Source of the DNA: Octopus sinensis
Taxonomy: Eukaryota
Assembly (NCBI RefSeq): GCF_006345805.1
Contig: NC_043008.1
Span: forward strand, 59,024,001-59,088,000
DNA length: 64,000 bases
Direction: 5' to 3'
Every line of letters begins with the position of its first letter. The first letter of the stretch is position 1. Below the pieces are notes generated by a model. The model did not search any database. It was given only the letters and a program-made list of their open reading frames with translations, and was not told the DNA's origin. The translations under genes were made by a program, and so were the position numbers. Shown one piece after another: positions 39,882 to 53,118 of this stretch.

Positions 39882-40554
39882 CCCTGTTGATGTTGAAATT
39901 TCAATGAAGGAACCTTGGATCTAGGTTAGAACCTGGTTCTTTCTCTATTGGCAAGAAATCTTGAAATAAAACTGAATAATGACCTACATACATACATACA
40001 TACATAGTAGTGTATTTGTGAACAATAGTCTAACTACTAATTTTATTTTCTAACTATGATGCATATATTTGCGATAAAAAATAGAACTTTAATTAATGTT
40101 TGTTGATGTATTTAATGATATTGTACTAAGTCATACGGATAAATTTAACGATAATCTATTGCTGTACGATATACTTACACGCTGCAAAATTACAACTGAT
40201 CTACTAACTGCGATTTACCTATTCATCGTACACAGTTCTGCGATTATGCAATATTTGATTTATGCTCACACGCTGGGTATAATACAGAGAAGGACAGGAA
40301 TTGCTGTGATTATATAATTCTGGATCAACTGTATCTTTACCCGGTAATATTTGTGTGTATGCACTGAAACACTTACTAAACGGAAACAGATCATACTATT
40401 ATTAAAGAGGCGATGGTTTTGCTTCACTCAGCTCGCGTATTCGTCTACTAACCTATCTCATCCCCGTGCCAATATCAATAATAATAAAGTTATTTAATAT
40501 ACACACATACGCGCATTGTTTCATGTTCAGATAATATTACTTTATATGTGTGGA

Positions 40555-40878
40555 AGCACTCCGTCGGTTACGATGATGAGGGTTCCGGTTGATCCGAATC
40601 AACGTGTAAGTGGCTGAGCACTCCACAGGCACATGCACCCTTAACGTAGTTCTCGGGGATATTCAGCGTGACACAGAGAGTGACAAGGCCGGCCCCTTGA
40701 AATACAGGTACAACAGAAACAGGAAGTAAGAGTGAGAGAAAGTTGTGGTGAAAGAGTACAGCAGGGATCACCAGCATCCCCTGCCGGAGCCTCGCTCAAT
40801 AAACACTCACAACGCCCGGTCTGGTAATCGAAACCACGATCCTATGACCGCGAGTCCGCTGCCCTAACCACTGGGCCA
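40555..40878 (-). mobile_element. SINE family B (tail type 1), deleted copy
   Basis: Reverse-complement match to 20620-21008. Confidence 0.85.
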
Positions 40879-41235
40879 TTGCGCCTCTACATTACTTTAT
40901 ATAATAGTTATAATACTATAATACTAAAAATTATATTGCAGACAGTAGACATTCTGTGTTGCTTCTGTTTTGTTTTTTTATCTACTTCACATCAATTTTC
41001 TGCTTTGAAAATAAAAACCAGACAACGGAAAGCGTACACTCTGAAAGAAAGAAATGACAAAAAAAAAATGTTTTATAATAAAAGAGAACTGAACATAAGT
41101 AGATACTTGAAATCATTTAGAAAAGTACAAATATCAGAAAAGTACAAATATCAATACGGCTCATACTTTCAAATACGTAGTACGATACCGCTTTACCTCC
41201 AATGAGGAACTATGGTTGGCATAATCTCTTTTAAT

Positions 41236-41472
41236 ACCTATTTCTTTATTACCCACAAGGGGCTAAACATAGAAGGGACAAACAAGGACAGACATAGGTA
41301 TTAAGTCGATTACATCGACCCCAGTGCGTAACTGGTACTTAATTTATCGACCGCGAAAGGATGAAAGGCAAAATTGACCTCGGCGGAATTTGAACTCAGG
41401 ACGTAACGGCAGACGAAATACGGCTCCGCATTTCGCCCGGCGTGCTAACGTTTCTGCCAGCTCGCCGCCTTT
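41236..41472 (-). mobile_element. SINE family C monomer
   Basis: Full head, core and tail. Confidence 0.9.
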
Positions 41473-41666
41473 CTCTTTTAATACCACCACCTGATTGTGT
41501 TACGTTTCAGGTGTGTTCAAAGAGGCGTAAAAAGATTTAGCTTAAAAACGTTCAGAACTTTTCGGACAACCTAACAGATTCAAGCAATTGTGCAAGCAAT
41601 GTCTTACTTTTTACATTTCCATTTTAGTATTCGCTGGCAATATGTAAACGGTTATGCAACATCAAA

Positions 41667-41901
41667 AAGGCGGCGAGCTAGCAGAAGCGTTAGCACAGCG
41701 GGCGAAATGCTTTGCGGTACTTCGTCTGCCGTTACGTTGTGAGTTCAAATTCCGCCGAGGTCGACTTTGCCTTTCATACTTTCGGGGTCGATAAATTAAG
41801 TACCAGTTACGCACTGGGGTCGATGTAATCGACATAATACCTATGTCTGTCCTTGTTTGTCCCCTCTGTGTTTAGCCCCTTGTGGTTAATAAAGAAATAG
41901 G
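41667..41901 (+). mobile_element. SINE family C monomer
   Basis: Full head, core and tail; divergent from the 41236 copy, forming a ~235-bp inverted pair. Confidence 0.9.
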
Positions 41902-42559
41902 TTATGCATCACAAATTTAAGTTTAAGGAGTTACGACACAAAGGCTGCCTCTTCTGTAAAATGTTTTGTGTATTCAGCTTCCTTCACGTCTGATGTAACC
42001 TAAGCAAACATCTCAGGAAAATATAAACGTAAAAGTTGTTATCTTCCTGAACTTCAGTGTATTGCAACTTAAAATAACATTATGAATCATTTATTAAATG
42101 ATAATTCAATAAATTTATAAAATATTGAGTTACCTTGCGCTATCGGAAAAGTCATACAGAGGAAATTGTGGAATAATATTTCATTCATTTATCATAAAAT
42201 ATGATATAAATTTACTTTGTAACTTGGACCAGATAATTTGCTTTCTATCTATGAAAACTCTATTAGAAACTATTAAACTGCATCTTTGTTTTCACACATT
42301 TGACCAGGACTGTAACGTATAGTTTATGTAGTCTTTAAGTTTAAGAATATGCCAGACATAAAGTTGCCCATGAAATTCTAATATTTACCAATGCCTAGAT
42401 CTTTAAAGTGTTCAACTGTCTTTAATACCTGTAAAATCATTTTATATCTTTCCTTTTGAATAAATAGATAATATTGGATGCTTTTCTTTAAAATACCTAG
42501 AACTAAGAGTAAAGTCGATGAGGCGAATGTACAGATAACGTCATTCTCAATACCGACTT

Positions 42560-43170
42560 CTTTGAAACAAAATTTAACTGTTCGTCGATAAGATATCTAA
42601 CACAATTTGGCTTATTTTATCAAAATATTGATCCATCGTTTCAAAATGCATTATTTGTAAACAGTTTGCTTCTAATAGATCGGTTGCTCTAAGCAAATTA
42701 AAAAGCTGTTTAGAGAACCTCTTGAAGGGCAAGAAAATTGAATACTGCGGTCATCTGTGAGAAAGCAATAAATGTGCAGGTAAGCGAATGATTAACAAAA
42801 GTAACAATCTCCAAAGGTTTCTTCTAGTATTATACAAATGTTCGTCGATAATAATTTCCAATTTAATGACACCTTGGACAGTTGGAGACACGTTAATTAT
42901 TCTAGTTTGTAAAGAAATTTAATTAACGTTACTAAACCAAGATGGTGTGGAAAAAATAATTAAAGGTGAATTGTCGTATTCAACATACGTCATGCGTTAG
43001 AGTATCACGTTTTTCAAGACTTTCAAACGTGTAGGGTCTTTGCATTATACTTAGATAAGAACACAGACGTCAATGGAAAGGTAAAATTATTTATCTGAGT
43101 TGTAAATGCTGGGAAAATTACTTGGTGACTTTGTTTTTACTGGCAATTAGAATAAATAAATAAATATATA

Positions 43171-43233
<63 letters not shown>

Positions 43234-43565
43234 CGGTAAACGTAGGTAATTTATCCTGGGCTAAATTGCAATACTAACTTAAATAACATATATTTCTAAC
43301 ACTAACGTGTAAGCACCTAACTCGGCTACACTGCACAGTTCATTATTTTCCTTTCTCTTACGCTTATTCCCAGTAATCAGGAATCGATAGCTGCGTCATT
43401 ATTTCTGGATTTTAACGATACTACTTATCTCTCTGCCGCAGAACATGACCAACTGAGTGACATCTCTTTGAAATCAAAATTTGCAGAACTATCGATTGAA
43501 ACCCTCTGGATATCAAGACGAAAGAATTATTCAGAGATTGCAGAAAAGGACTTTAAAAGTGATAC
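42560..43565 (+). mobile_element. hAT Charlie/Buster-type transposase remnant with a large internal deletion
   Basis: KCIICKQFASNRSVALSKLKSCLE (BED finger), TPWTVGDTLI, VFALYLDKNTDVNG and LSAAEHDQL...FAELSIETLWISRRKNYSEIAEK (dimerisation domain). Confidence 0.8.
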
Positions 43566-43568
43566 TAC

Positions 43569-43920
43569 AGTAGCTTGCCTACCAACCACATGGTTCCGGG
43601 TTCAGTCCCACTGCGTGGCATTTTGAGCAAGTGTCTTCTGCTGTAGCCTCGGGCTGACCAAAGCCTTGTGAGTGGATTTGGTAGACGGAAACTGAAAGAA
43701 GCCCGTCGTATATATGTATATGTATATATGTGTGTGTGTTTGTGTGTGTGTGTGTTTCTCCCCCCAGCATCGCTTGACAAGTGATGCTGGTGTATTTATG
43801 TCGCCGTCACTTAGCGATTCGGCAAAAGATACCGATAGAACAAGTACTAGAGTTACGAAGAATAAGTTTTGGGGTGCTCCAGCATGGCTGCAGTCAAATG
43901 ACTGAAACAAGTAAAAGAGA
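43569..43920 (+). mobile_element. SINE family A, partly deleted
   Basis: Homology to the family consensus. Confidence 0.88.
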
Positions 43921-43944
43921 GAGACACATACATCTATCTATCAA

Positions 43945-43975
<31 letters not shown>

Positions 43976-43987
43976 ATCTATCCATCC

Positions 43988-44061
<74 letters not shown>

Positions 44062-44409
44062 ATATCTATTGAACTGAAGAACAAGAAGGGAATAAATAGA
44101 ATGTTTACACATTGGACATGGACATGCTCTTTCCTCGTCAGTTATCACCCAAAATCCATTACAATTTCAAGCCTTTAACGATAATATTGTTCATTTTGGT
44201 GGCGTCCACAGCAAAAAGCGGCTAGGCTGGATATAATGAGCGAATGTAGATGACGGTGACGAAAACAAACACGACACGAGTAGTTGGTACTAGTGTAAAT
44301 ATACTGGCAAATAAACGTCGTTTGGCTCTAAGACAGCATCTTGACAGGAGTGAAAGTAACACAGTGAAACATGATATCTTATAGGACTTGAAAAGGAAAG
44401 TGAAGAGAT

Positions 44410-44838
44410 AGGCGCAGGAGTGGCTGTGTGGTAAGTAGCTTGCTAACCAACCACATGGTTCGGGTTCAGTCCCACTGCGTGGCATCTTGGGCAAGTGTCT
44501 TCTGCTATAGCCCCGGCCGATCATGCCTTGTGAGTGGATTTGGTAGACAGAAACTTAAAGAAGCCTGTCGTATATAGTATTATATATATATATGTATATA
44601 TATATATATGTGTGTGTGTATGTGTTTGTGTGTCTGTGTTTGTCCCCTTGCATTGCTTGACAACCGATGCTGGTGTGTTTACGTCCCCGTCACTTAGCGG
44701 TTCGGCAAAAGAGACCGATAGAATAAGTACTGGGCTTACAAAGAATAAGTCCCGGGGTCAATTTGCTCGACTAAAGGCGGTGCTCCAGCATGGCCGCAGT
44801 CAAATGACTGAAACAAGTAAAAGAATAAAAGAGTAAAA
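44410..44838 (+). mobile_element. SINE family A, full length
   Basis: GGCGCAGGAGTGGCTGTGTGG head through the AAACAAGTAAAAGAATAAAAGAG tail. Confidence 0.92.
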
Positions 44839-44987
44839 GAGAGAGAGATGAAAAGACAGTAGGAATGATAGAAAAGGTAGAAAAAAGGAAATGAAATCAA
44901 TATAGAAGGTAATGGAGAAAATGAGTGTCCGAGAGAAGCGTGATTGAATAGATCAGCAAAAATCTGAAGGTTCAGTAAATTGTATTG

Positions 44988-45189
44988 TATACAAATGAGA
45001 GGGATGACCACTATGTGGACAACCCTTATGCTAGAAGTAGATCTGCTATGGTTTTACCACTAAGAAATGTTCTGAAAGAAAATTTAGCAAACACCAGAAG
45101 TGTTCTTGAGAACATTTCTAGTGGTAAGACCATAGCGGATCTACTTCTAGCATAAGGGTTATCCACATAGTGGTCATCTCTCTCATTTG

Positions 45190-45193
<4 letters not shown>
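44988..45193. repeat. Fold-back palindrome, ~90-bp arms
   Basis: TATACAAATGAGAGGGATGACCACTATGTGG...AAATGTTCT, a ~22-35-nt spacer, then AGAACATTT...CCACATAGTGGTCATCTCTCTCATTTGTATA. Confidence 0.93.
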
Positions 45194-45260
<67 letters not shown>

Positions 45261-45276
45261 AATATATATATATATA

Positions 45277-45307
<31 letters not shown>

Positions 45308-45313
<6 letters not shown>

Positions 45314-45495
45314 GGAATTTTGTCAGTGAACAGGTCGCGATCTCAAAGCGACGAATATTTTGACAACTTAAATTAAAATGTTGAAGTGAATCTAACGGTT
45401 TTTATGTGTTTCTTAAAATGCTATAAACACTTCCACGCTGCAATTGTATATATATATATATTATATATTTATAATATATATATATATATATATAT

Positions 45496-45534
<39 letters not shown>

Positions 45535-45680
45535 CACGGAATTTTTGTCATTGAACATTCGCGATCTCAAAGCGACGAAAATATTTTGACAACTTAAATT
45601 AAAATGTTGAAGTGAATCTAACGGTTTTTATGTGTTTCTTAAATGGCTTATAAACACCTTCCACGCTGCAATTGTATATA
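45308..45680 (+). repeat. Two copies of a ~140-bp PLE-like unit separated by (TA)n
   Basis: CACGGAATTTTGTCA...CCACGCTGCAATTGTA at about 45311 and 45535. Confidence 0.9.
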
Positions 45681-45686
45681 TATATA

Positions 45687-46976
45687 TTGTTTTATCCCAT
45701 AAATAATGCGGTGTTTCAATTGCATGAACTAAAAGTCAGAAGAGGACGGGTTAATCTACCTGCATCAACTTGCTATAAAAACAGGGAGTAATTTTACCTT
45801 GGTCTTATTCTTAGTGCGAGTTCTCGAGAGTGTAGTTCGATTTTAATAGTTATTTTTCGAAAGCTGTAATGGAAGTGACAAAGAAACATATTCAGCATAT
45901 TTTGCTTTATGAGTTCGAAAAAGGCAACAACGCAACGGAAGGTGCGAGGAATATTAACGAAGTATATGGAGATCGGACAATAAAGGTAAGCCAGTGTTAA
46001 CAGTTGTTCCAGAAACAGTTAACGGTGGTTCCGGAAACTACAGCCCAGAAGACAAGCCTCGTCCTGGAAGATCTGTAGAGCTCGACGAGGACGTTCTGCA
46101 AACCCTGGTTGAGAAAAAAAATCTTGTCGTAACTTTTGATGAAGTAGCAGAGACGCTTGGACTTGGACATTCAACCATTAATTGACACATGCGTGCCATT
46201 GGAAAAGTCAGCAAATTGCGTCAATGGGTTCCTCGCAAACTTTCCGAGTCTAATCGAGGACAGAGTGTGGATGTGTGGTCTTCTTTTCCGTCACATCACA
46301 CGAACGAACCTTTGCTTTTGGACCGAATAATAACAGGCGGCGAGAAATGGATTCTCTATAAAAATGTCAATCACCGAAGACAGTGGGTAGGGAAAGTAGA
46401 AACATCAGCATCCCAGGCTAAAGAAGGTCTTCTCCCAAGCAAAGTATTGTTATCTGTTTGTTGGGACATGAAAGGTTTAATCCACTTTGAACTTTTAAAC
46501 CCAAACCAAGCGATAACAAAGGAGATCTACAGCGAGCAGGTAGAGCAGCTTAACTCAGCGCTAGAAGAAAAACGACCATCTTTGGTTTCAAGACGAAACG
46601 TATTCTTCCATCAGGATAATGCTCAACCACGCACAGCGAGGATGACATTCCAAAGGCTGGAGTAATATGAAAGGGAACCGATACCCTATCCACCATATTC
46701 GCCGGACATTGCCCCATCTGATTATCATTTATTCCGGAGTCTCCAAAATCATTTGGACGGAAAAATATGAATTCTCTAGACGGGGTCAGAACAGAACTAG
46801 AGGAGGGTTTTTCGTCAAGGACAAATTAATTTTGGAAGAGGGACCTTGCAAGTCTACTAGATAAGTGAAGGGCATTGTAGAAAATGAAGGAGAGTATATT
46901 TTAGATTAAAAATGAACTTTATCTTATTTTAAAAATAAAAGACGTATAAAAAACCATTATTTATGGGATGAGCTAA
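45687..46976 (+). mobile_element. Full-length decayed mariner, 1290 bp
   Basis: TIR TTGTTTTATCCCATAAATAATG / CATTATTTATGGGATGAGCTAA, TA flanks; transposase from ATG 45869 to TAA 46909 with WVPRKL, ITGGEKW, FHQDNA and YSPDIAPSDY; several stops and frameshifts; first catalytic D mutated to G. Confidence 0.93.
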
Positions 46977-46999
46977 TACACACACACATATATACATAC

Positions 47000-47079
<80 letters not shown>

Positions 47080-47229
47080 TAAATATTAGGGAATAAATCC
47101 AAATTTACAGGGAAAAATCAGATTTAGGATTGAATCCAATTTTATAGCAAAATATTATATAATATTAATTAGAGACAAAACCACTATTTTGCAAATCAAA
47201 CAAAGAAAGACTTAATCCAATACATAAAA

Positions 47230-47700
47230 AAATTTAATATATTGTCTATTTTAAAACATGTCCGGTTAACATATTATATATAATGTAACAGATATAAAAT
47301 TATATATAATGCAAGCGATGAGATTGAGATGCCATGAAATTAGGCATTTTTTCCAATGGCCGGATAACTGAAGAGATGGCGGCGTGAATTTCCACCTCGG
47401 CATCCGAAACTCGGAATTCTATCATGGATACCGAATAATTGTCACATATTACATTTACAGATAAATTCCTCTATTTACATAATATCGATGTCTCTTTCAT
47501 TCTTTTGTTGTCTTACCATTTCTATCAATATATATATTTAAAAGAGGTTGCCAAATGTTTCCCTCTTTACTTAAGATGAGAAGAGGAAGTTTTCATGGCA
47601 TCTCAATCTCATCGCTTGCATTATACATAATTTTATATCTGTTACATTATATATAATCTGTTAACCGGACATGTTTTAAAATAGACAATATATTACATAT
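47230..47700. repeat. Inverted repeat (~110-bp arms) around a PLE-like, HHR-bearing spacer
   Basis: 47230-47340 is the reverse complement of 47591-47700. Confidence 0.9.
47363..47423 (+). ncRNA. Type I hammerhead-like motif, degenerate stems I and III
   Basis: gataa-CUGAAGA-gatg...catc-c-GAAA; same family as 58920-58978. Confidence 0.55.
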
Positions 47701-48348
47701 TACTTAATTTCCTATGTTAAAGGAAAACTTATCACATCAAAATGAGATTAATTGCTAATAGGAAATCCTAGTGTGCTACTACAATATATTAATATTAAAA
47801 TTACAAATTATGTGTGTATACGAAAAATAGTTATACATCTTCTCTGCAGAAGGAAAATTATCATGAAATGATATTCTCAAATATTTTCCGTTATATTTAA
47901 GAGAACAGTAGAATTCACATTTACTTAATCGTTTCTGTCCCCAGAGGTAAAGCATTCAAATAAAAAGCTGTATGTTTATATAGTTTTATCCTATTATTCA
48001 TTTGCTTTTTTCAGTCATTTGACTGTGGCCATGCTGGAGTACCAACTTACAGTATATACTATTCAAGTAAATAGACCACAGGACTATTTTCTTAAAAGTT
48101 ACATCGGGCCGTTTTTCCGAACCGCTAGGTTACCTGGACGTAAACACATCAACACCGATTTTCAAGTGGTGATGGGGGAACAAACATAGACACACACGTG
48201 TATGTATACACAAAGACATACATATATAGATAACACACGTACACACACACATACACATACACACACGCACACACATATATGTATATGCGACTAGCTACTT
48301 TCAGTCTCACTTCTAGAAATGTAGGTGTTTCTAGTGACAATGAGATAT

Positions 48349-48424
<76 letters not shown>

Positions 48425-48562
48425 ATGTATGTATGTATGCATGTATGTATAGGCAAATTTGTTATTCAAAGTGCACCTAAATTGGAAACACTTGTAATTG
48501 TTAATAATATGTCTTTCAACTTTAGGTGCATTTGCAACAAATTTGCCTATAAGTTTTCCTTT

Positions 48563-48635
<73 letters not shown>

Positions 48636-48638
48636 ATG

Positions 48639-48684
<46 letters not shown>

Positions 48685-48710
48685 CAGACAAACAGACAGA
48701 CAAATAGATA

Positions 48711-48775
<65 letters not shown>

Positions 48776-48829
48776 GGTGAATAAACTGTTGTCTAAATTA
48801 CGCAAAACTGAAAATAAAACTGACATCTC

Positions 48830-49797
48830 ATTTTAATAGATATCTTTACCAAAATTGCATGAAAATTACTTGAAATACTGAAGAGTACATTTTTATTCAT
48901 TAAAATTGCCATTGGCCTGCAGATGATTTCGAAATCGCCTGCAACTCTTCTTCTTTAAGTTGGTGAATGCTGCCAAAATCTTTGCCTTCAGTTCATCTTT
49001 GGTGTTACAAGGAGTCTTGTTGGTCTCTCGTTCGTTCAACTGCGCTACACACATAATAATCAAGGGGTTTTAGCCTTGGGAGTTAAGCGGCCCCGATGTT
49101 AGGGGTGATGTTGTCGTAGAAATTGTCTGAATGCCAAGACTGGGTTCTACTGTTTGTGTGGCATGGTGCAGATCCTGTTGCCATACAAATTGGCCCTTTC
49201 TCTTTTCACGCAAGGAATGCCGAATGTCTTCGTGCGTTACCTGCTTGATAAGAAACTCAGATACTCCCATGTCCTTGGCAATGGACCTGATTGACTTAGA
49301 AGTATCGTTCTCAATGTATGTAGGTACTCTTTAGATATCATAATGTAATAGGAGGAATCAGAAACACACACACACAAATATATGCACATATATGTTTACA
49401 TACATAGCTGTACATGCATAAATACACGCACATACACAGATACATGTACATATCTATTCAGGCGTCTCTTCTTATCAGAACGATCAGAGTGAGTTTTCCG
49501 AGCTGCCGTACCTTCGTAATTATGGTTAGACTCATCCAACTCTTTCTGAATCCGCTGCACTGTCTTTAGATTGACACACAAACACTCTGAAATGTTCGTG
49601 CTGGAGGTTCCGGCGCCAATGCCAAACAGTACATCATGTCATTTCCAAATACTTGATAAAGTGAATTACGTCATTGTGCGGTTTTTCTCATAGACGATAC
49701 TCAACGGCCCCTACTATACTGTGTAGTCGGCAAAATCAAATCTACCAAGCGCATACGCGAAATTAATATGGTGACAATTTACCCATTGCATCCTGTA
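48830..49797 (-). mobile_element. DD37D/maT-like Tc1-mariner element, internally deleted, one TIR retained
   Basis: VNLKTVQRIQKELDES..RKTHSDRSDKK, SIRSIAKDMGVSEFLI, VWQQD and NS...NPLDYYV; TIR GGTGACAATTTACCCATTGCATCCTGTA at the right end. Confidence 0.8.
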
Positions 49798-49819
49798 TGT
49801 ATGTATATATATATATATA

Positions 49820-50050
49820 TTTCTTTACTACCCACAAGGGGCTAAACACAGAGAGGACAAACAAGGACAGACAAAGGGATTAAGTCGATTACATCAACCC
49901 CAGTGCGCAACTGGTACTTAATTTATCGACCCCGAAAGGATGATAGGCAAAGTCGACCTCGGCGGAATTTGAACTCAGAACGTAACGGCAGACGAAATAC
50001 GGCCACGCATTTCGCCCGGCGTGCTCACGTTTCTGCCAGCTCGCCGCCTT
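49820..50050 (-). mobile_element. SINE family C monomer
   Basis: Full head, core and tail. Confidence 0.9.
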
Positions 50051-50086
<36 letters not shown>

Positions 50087-50268
50087 TATATATATTATAT
50101 GTTGGACCCGGCGTTTCTCGTGCTTTCCGAGTTGAAGTTAAGCCTACCGCTGACCTTGTATTGAAATCTTCTACGTTCTCTGTGCCAACTATTACCCATT
50201 AAGATGTTATATCTATCTGGTTCAGCAGGGATTTTACCCGGTTAGCGCCTTCGACATACTCCTATATA

Positions 50269-51652
50269 CTAGACCGTCTGAAATCGCAGTCAAGCGTTTG
50301 CGTGTCCCTCGACCCGTTGCGAGTGATGTTTGTTTATCTCTCTCCCCTTACTGCTACCCTCTGTACAAAATTGAACAGCGTGTCTAATCTCAGCAAAATC
50401 CGAAGAAAACTGTTAAGGCTATGTCATAAAATAGAATCCATGTGACCATTTGCATGAACATATCCCATTGACGTTTAAATCCCACTATATTATATGAATA
50501 ATCGAAGTTTCATATGTTAAAGTGCTTAAGTTTACTCATGGGTAAATTTTCTTCAAAATTAGTTCATTATTTCATTGTCTGTAAATTTTTACGATTTCTG
50601 CCTTTCACCAGTTTAATTTTAATTAAACTAGATGACTCCGACCATAAACAATACCTCAATCGAAGGAGAGGAGCTTTCTCCGTCCGGGTTGCGGATCCGT
50701 GGAACAAGCTGCCAGACGAGATGGTGAAGATGCCGAGGACCGCTTTGTTCAAAGTCTCCCTTGACCTCAAGTGGCCTGAACTCTTTACATGAACACCACC
50801 CTGTACTTAACTCCATGTCCCCCTACATGGCCTTGCTATTTGCTTTTGAGCCAAATTAACTAACTAACAAACTAACTGCAAAATTTCATCAAAATCGGAT
50901 GAATTCTGCAAAAGTAACAGCATAAAATATTAAGCCTATGGGTAACGACATACAAAAAGCATATTGATTTCTTAAAATCCCCCGATCACGCACAATTATC
51001 GATTTTTTTCCTACTCTTCCTACTCTTCCTACTGGCATCAACTAATGGACATAAACTGTAATCCCACGTAAAATTTCTATAAAATCGATTGGAATGTCTC
51101 TGAGGAAATGCTTATTTGCATTTGTGCCCTTTTCAAGCTCTTTCGAATTAAATAAACACCTTTACCATTTTCCCCATCACAAAATTTATCAACATCTCAA
51201 ATTACATTAAAATCGCATAAAAAATATAAAAGTTACGGCCAAAAATAAAATCCCTACGGGTAATTGGCGCGCAAAAAGCCTACTGATTTTATAAAACCAC
51301 TGCTCACGCGCAATTATCGACTTTTTGTCAACGCCATATACTGACATCAACCCACTGCCCATGAGCCTCGCTCACTCATCGATTTCATCAAAATCGGAAA
51401 AACATGCAAAAGCTGCAGGGAAAATTACATCCTTATGGGAATTTCTATTCAAACGCCCGACTGAGCTCACAAAAATCGATTCCAACTGAGCATTATCGAG
51501 TTTTCGAAAAATTCTGGCCTTATTTGAAGCTCAAGGCATGTGATCTGCCTATGTGCCAAATATCATAAAAATCAATGAGACGGTGTGGGAAGAGTTAGAG
51601 TAAGCCCAAACACGCACACAGACAGACATCATTACACATTTATCTATATAGA
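50269..51652 (-). mobile_element. Non-autonomous Helitron with internal degenerate repeats and a nested LINE
   Basis: 5' A|TCTATATAGATAAATG at 51652; candidate 3' CGCAAACGCTTGACTGCG...GTCTAG|T at 50269; recurring AAATTTCATCAAAATCGG-like units. Confidence 0.6.
50627..50877 (+). mobile_element. CR1-type LINE 3' end with a (CTAA)n tail
   Basis: RRGAFSVRVADPWNKLPDEMVKMP..ALFKVSLD, the typical CR1 ORF2 end. Confidence 0.85.
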
Positions 51653-52339
51653 TATGTACATGTATCTGTGTATGTGCGTGTATTTATGCATGTACATCTA
51701 TGTATGTAAACATATATGTGCATATATTTGTATGTTTCTGATTCCTCCTATTACATTATGATATCTAAAGGGAACCTACATTTCTGACTAATATGCAGTT
51801 AGTTGACATCTGTAATAAAGCATCTTCTTGACAGCTGTTGTACTTTTCTGGCCAGACATTCTCCGGAGAAACGCGGGAAATAATAATTAATTTTCAATAG
51901 TCAGTAGAATTTCTAATTACCTATCTGTTGCAAATGGTCTCTAAATAACAGACGTTTATATGGAAATTATATGGAAGACATTTGAAGCGCAGTTCAATAC
52001 GGCACTGTTTTAAATAGTTTTATAAAAGTTTAAATTATAAATTGCGACACACTCCGGGCGTATAGTTTCTCAATAAATATATACACCCTTTTAGAGTAGC
52101 CAGCTGGCAGAATCGTTAGTACGCCGGGCAAAATTCTTAGCGGTATTTCGTCCGTCTTCACGTCCTGAGTTCAAATTCCGGTCAACTCGACTTTGCATTT
52201 CATCCTCTCGGGGTCGATGAAACAAGTACCAGTTGAGCTCTGGGGTTGATGTAATCGAATTAAGCCACTCCCTCAAAATTGCTGGTCTTAGTGCTGTCCA
52301 TCACGGATTTTTTCATTCATGGAAACATACTTAATGAAA

Positions 52340-52733
52340 GTAATAAAGGAGAGGAGGCCTTTATTTGGCGCATCAACCTTCGTTCCAGTGAGAAACCCTT
52401 CCTTTTAGGATGAGTAGACGACAGTTTCCTGTTATTCCAACATTTGCAATGGCTATAAATAAATCACAAAGGAAGAGCTTCAATAATGTTGGCAACATCC
52501 TACTATCAGCAGTATTCATCCATGGGCAACTTTATGTTGCATTGAGTAGAAGTAGAAGCAGTAATAATATTAAAACGTTGCTAAAGGACCATCCAAAACA
52601 AGGCAAACTCATTAGTGGTAGGGTTTTTACTAGTAACGTAGTGTTGAAGCAATTCCTAAGATAAAGGTTGTAATATTTTAATTTCATTTTCCTTATCGCT
52701 TTCATGTCATTTTTGATGGCACGGGCACACTAG
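52340..52733 (+). mobile_element. Helitron 3' end with Pif1 helicase C-terminus
   Basis: RRQFPVIPTFAMAINKSQ...VFIHGQLYVALSRSRS; terminus GCACGGGCACACTAG|T. Confidence 0.88.
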
Positions 52734-52759
52734 TAATAATAATAATAATATAATAATAA

Positions 52760-52967
52760 CCCTTTTTACTATAGGCACAAGGCCTGAATCTTTTTAGGGA
52801 AGGGGACTAGTCGATTACATCGACCCTAAAGTTTTACTGGCGCTTAATTTATCGACCCCGAAAGGATGAAAGGCAAAGTAGACCTCAGCGGAATTTGAAC
52901 TCAGAACGTAGCGACAGTCGGAATACAGCTAAGCGTTTCGTCCAGCGTGCTAACGATTCTGCCAGCT
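52760..52967 (-). mobile_element. SINE family C variant
   Basis: Core match. Confidence 0.8.
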
Positions 52968-53087
52968 TTGGTTTGCATCCTTGGCAAGGCTAGAATAATC
53001 AGGAAAGTATTAGGTAATTGAAAAGAAAAGATAGCATGGTAACGTAGTCTCCAGGCAGCGAGCCCACTATGTATACAAGACCTGAGT

Positions 53088-53118
<31 letters not shown>

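Noticed and set aside
39705-39960. CTGAGGA...GAA and CAATGA...GAA hammerhead-like strings
   Set aside because: Stem I cannot be paired or the cores are too degenerate
42679-42779. Exon-like segment ending in GCAG|GTAAGC
   Set aside because: It is part of the hAT transposase remnant and has stops in all frames
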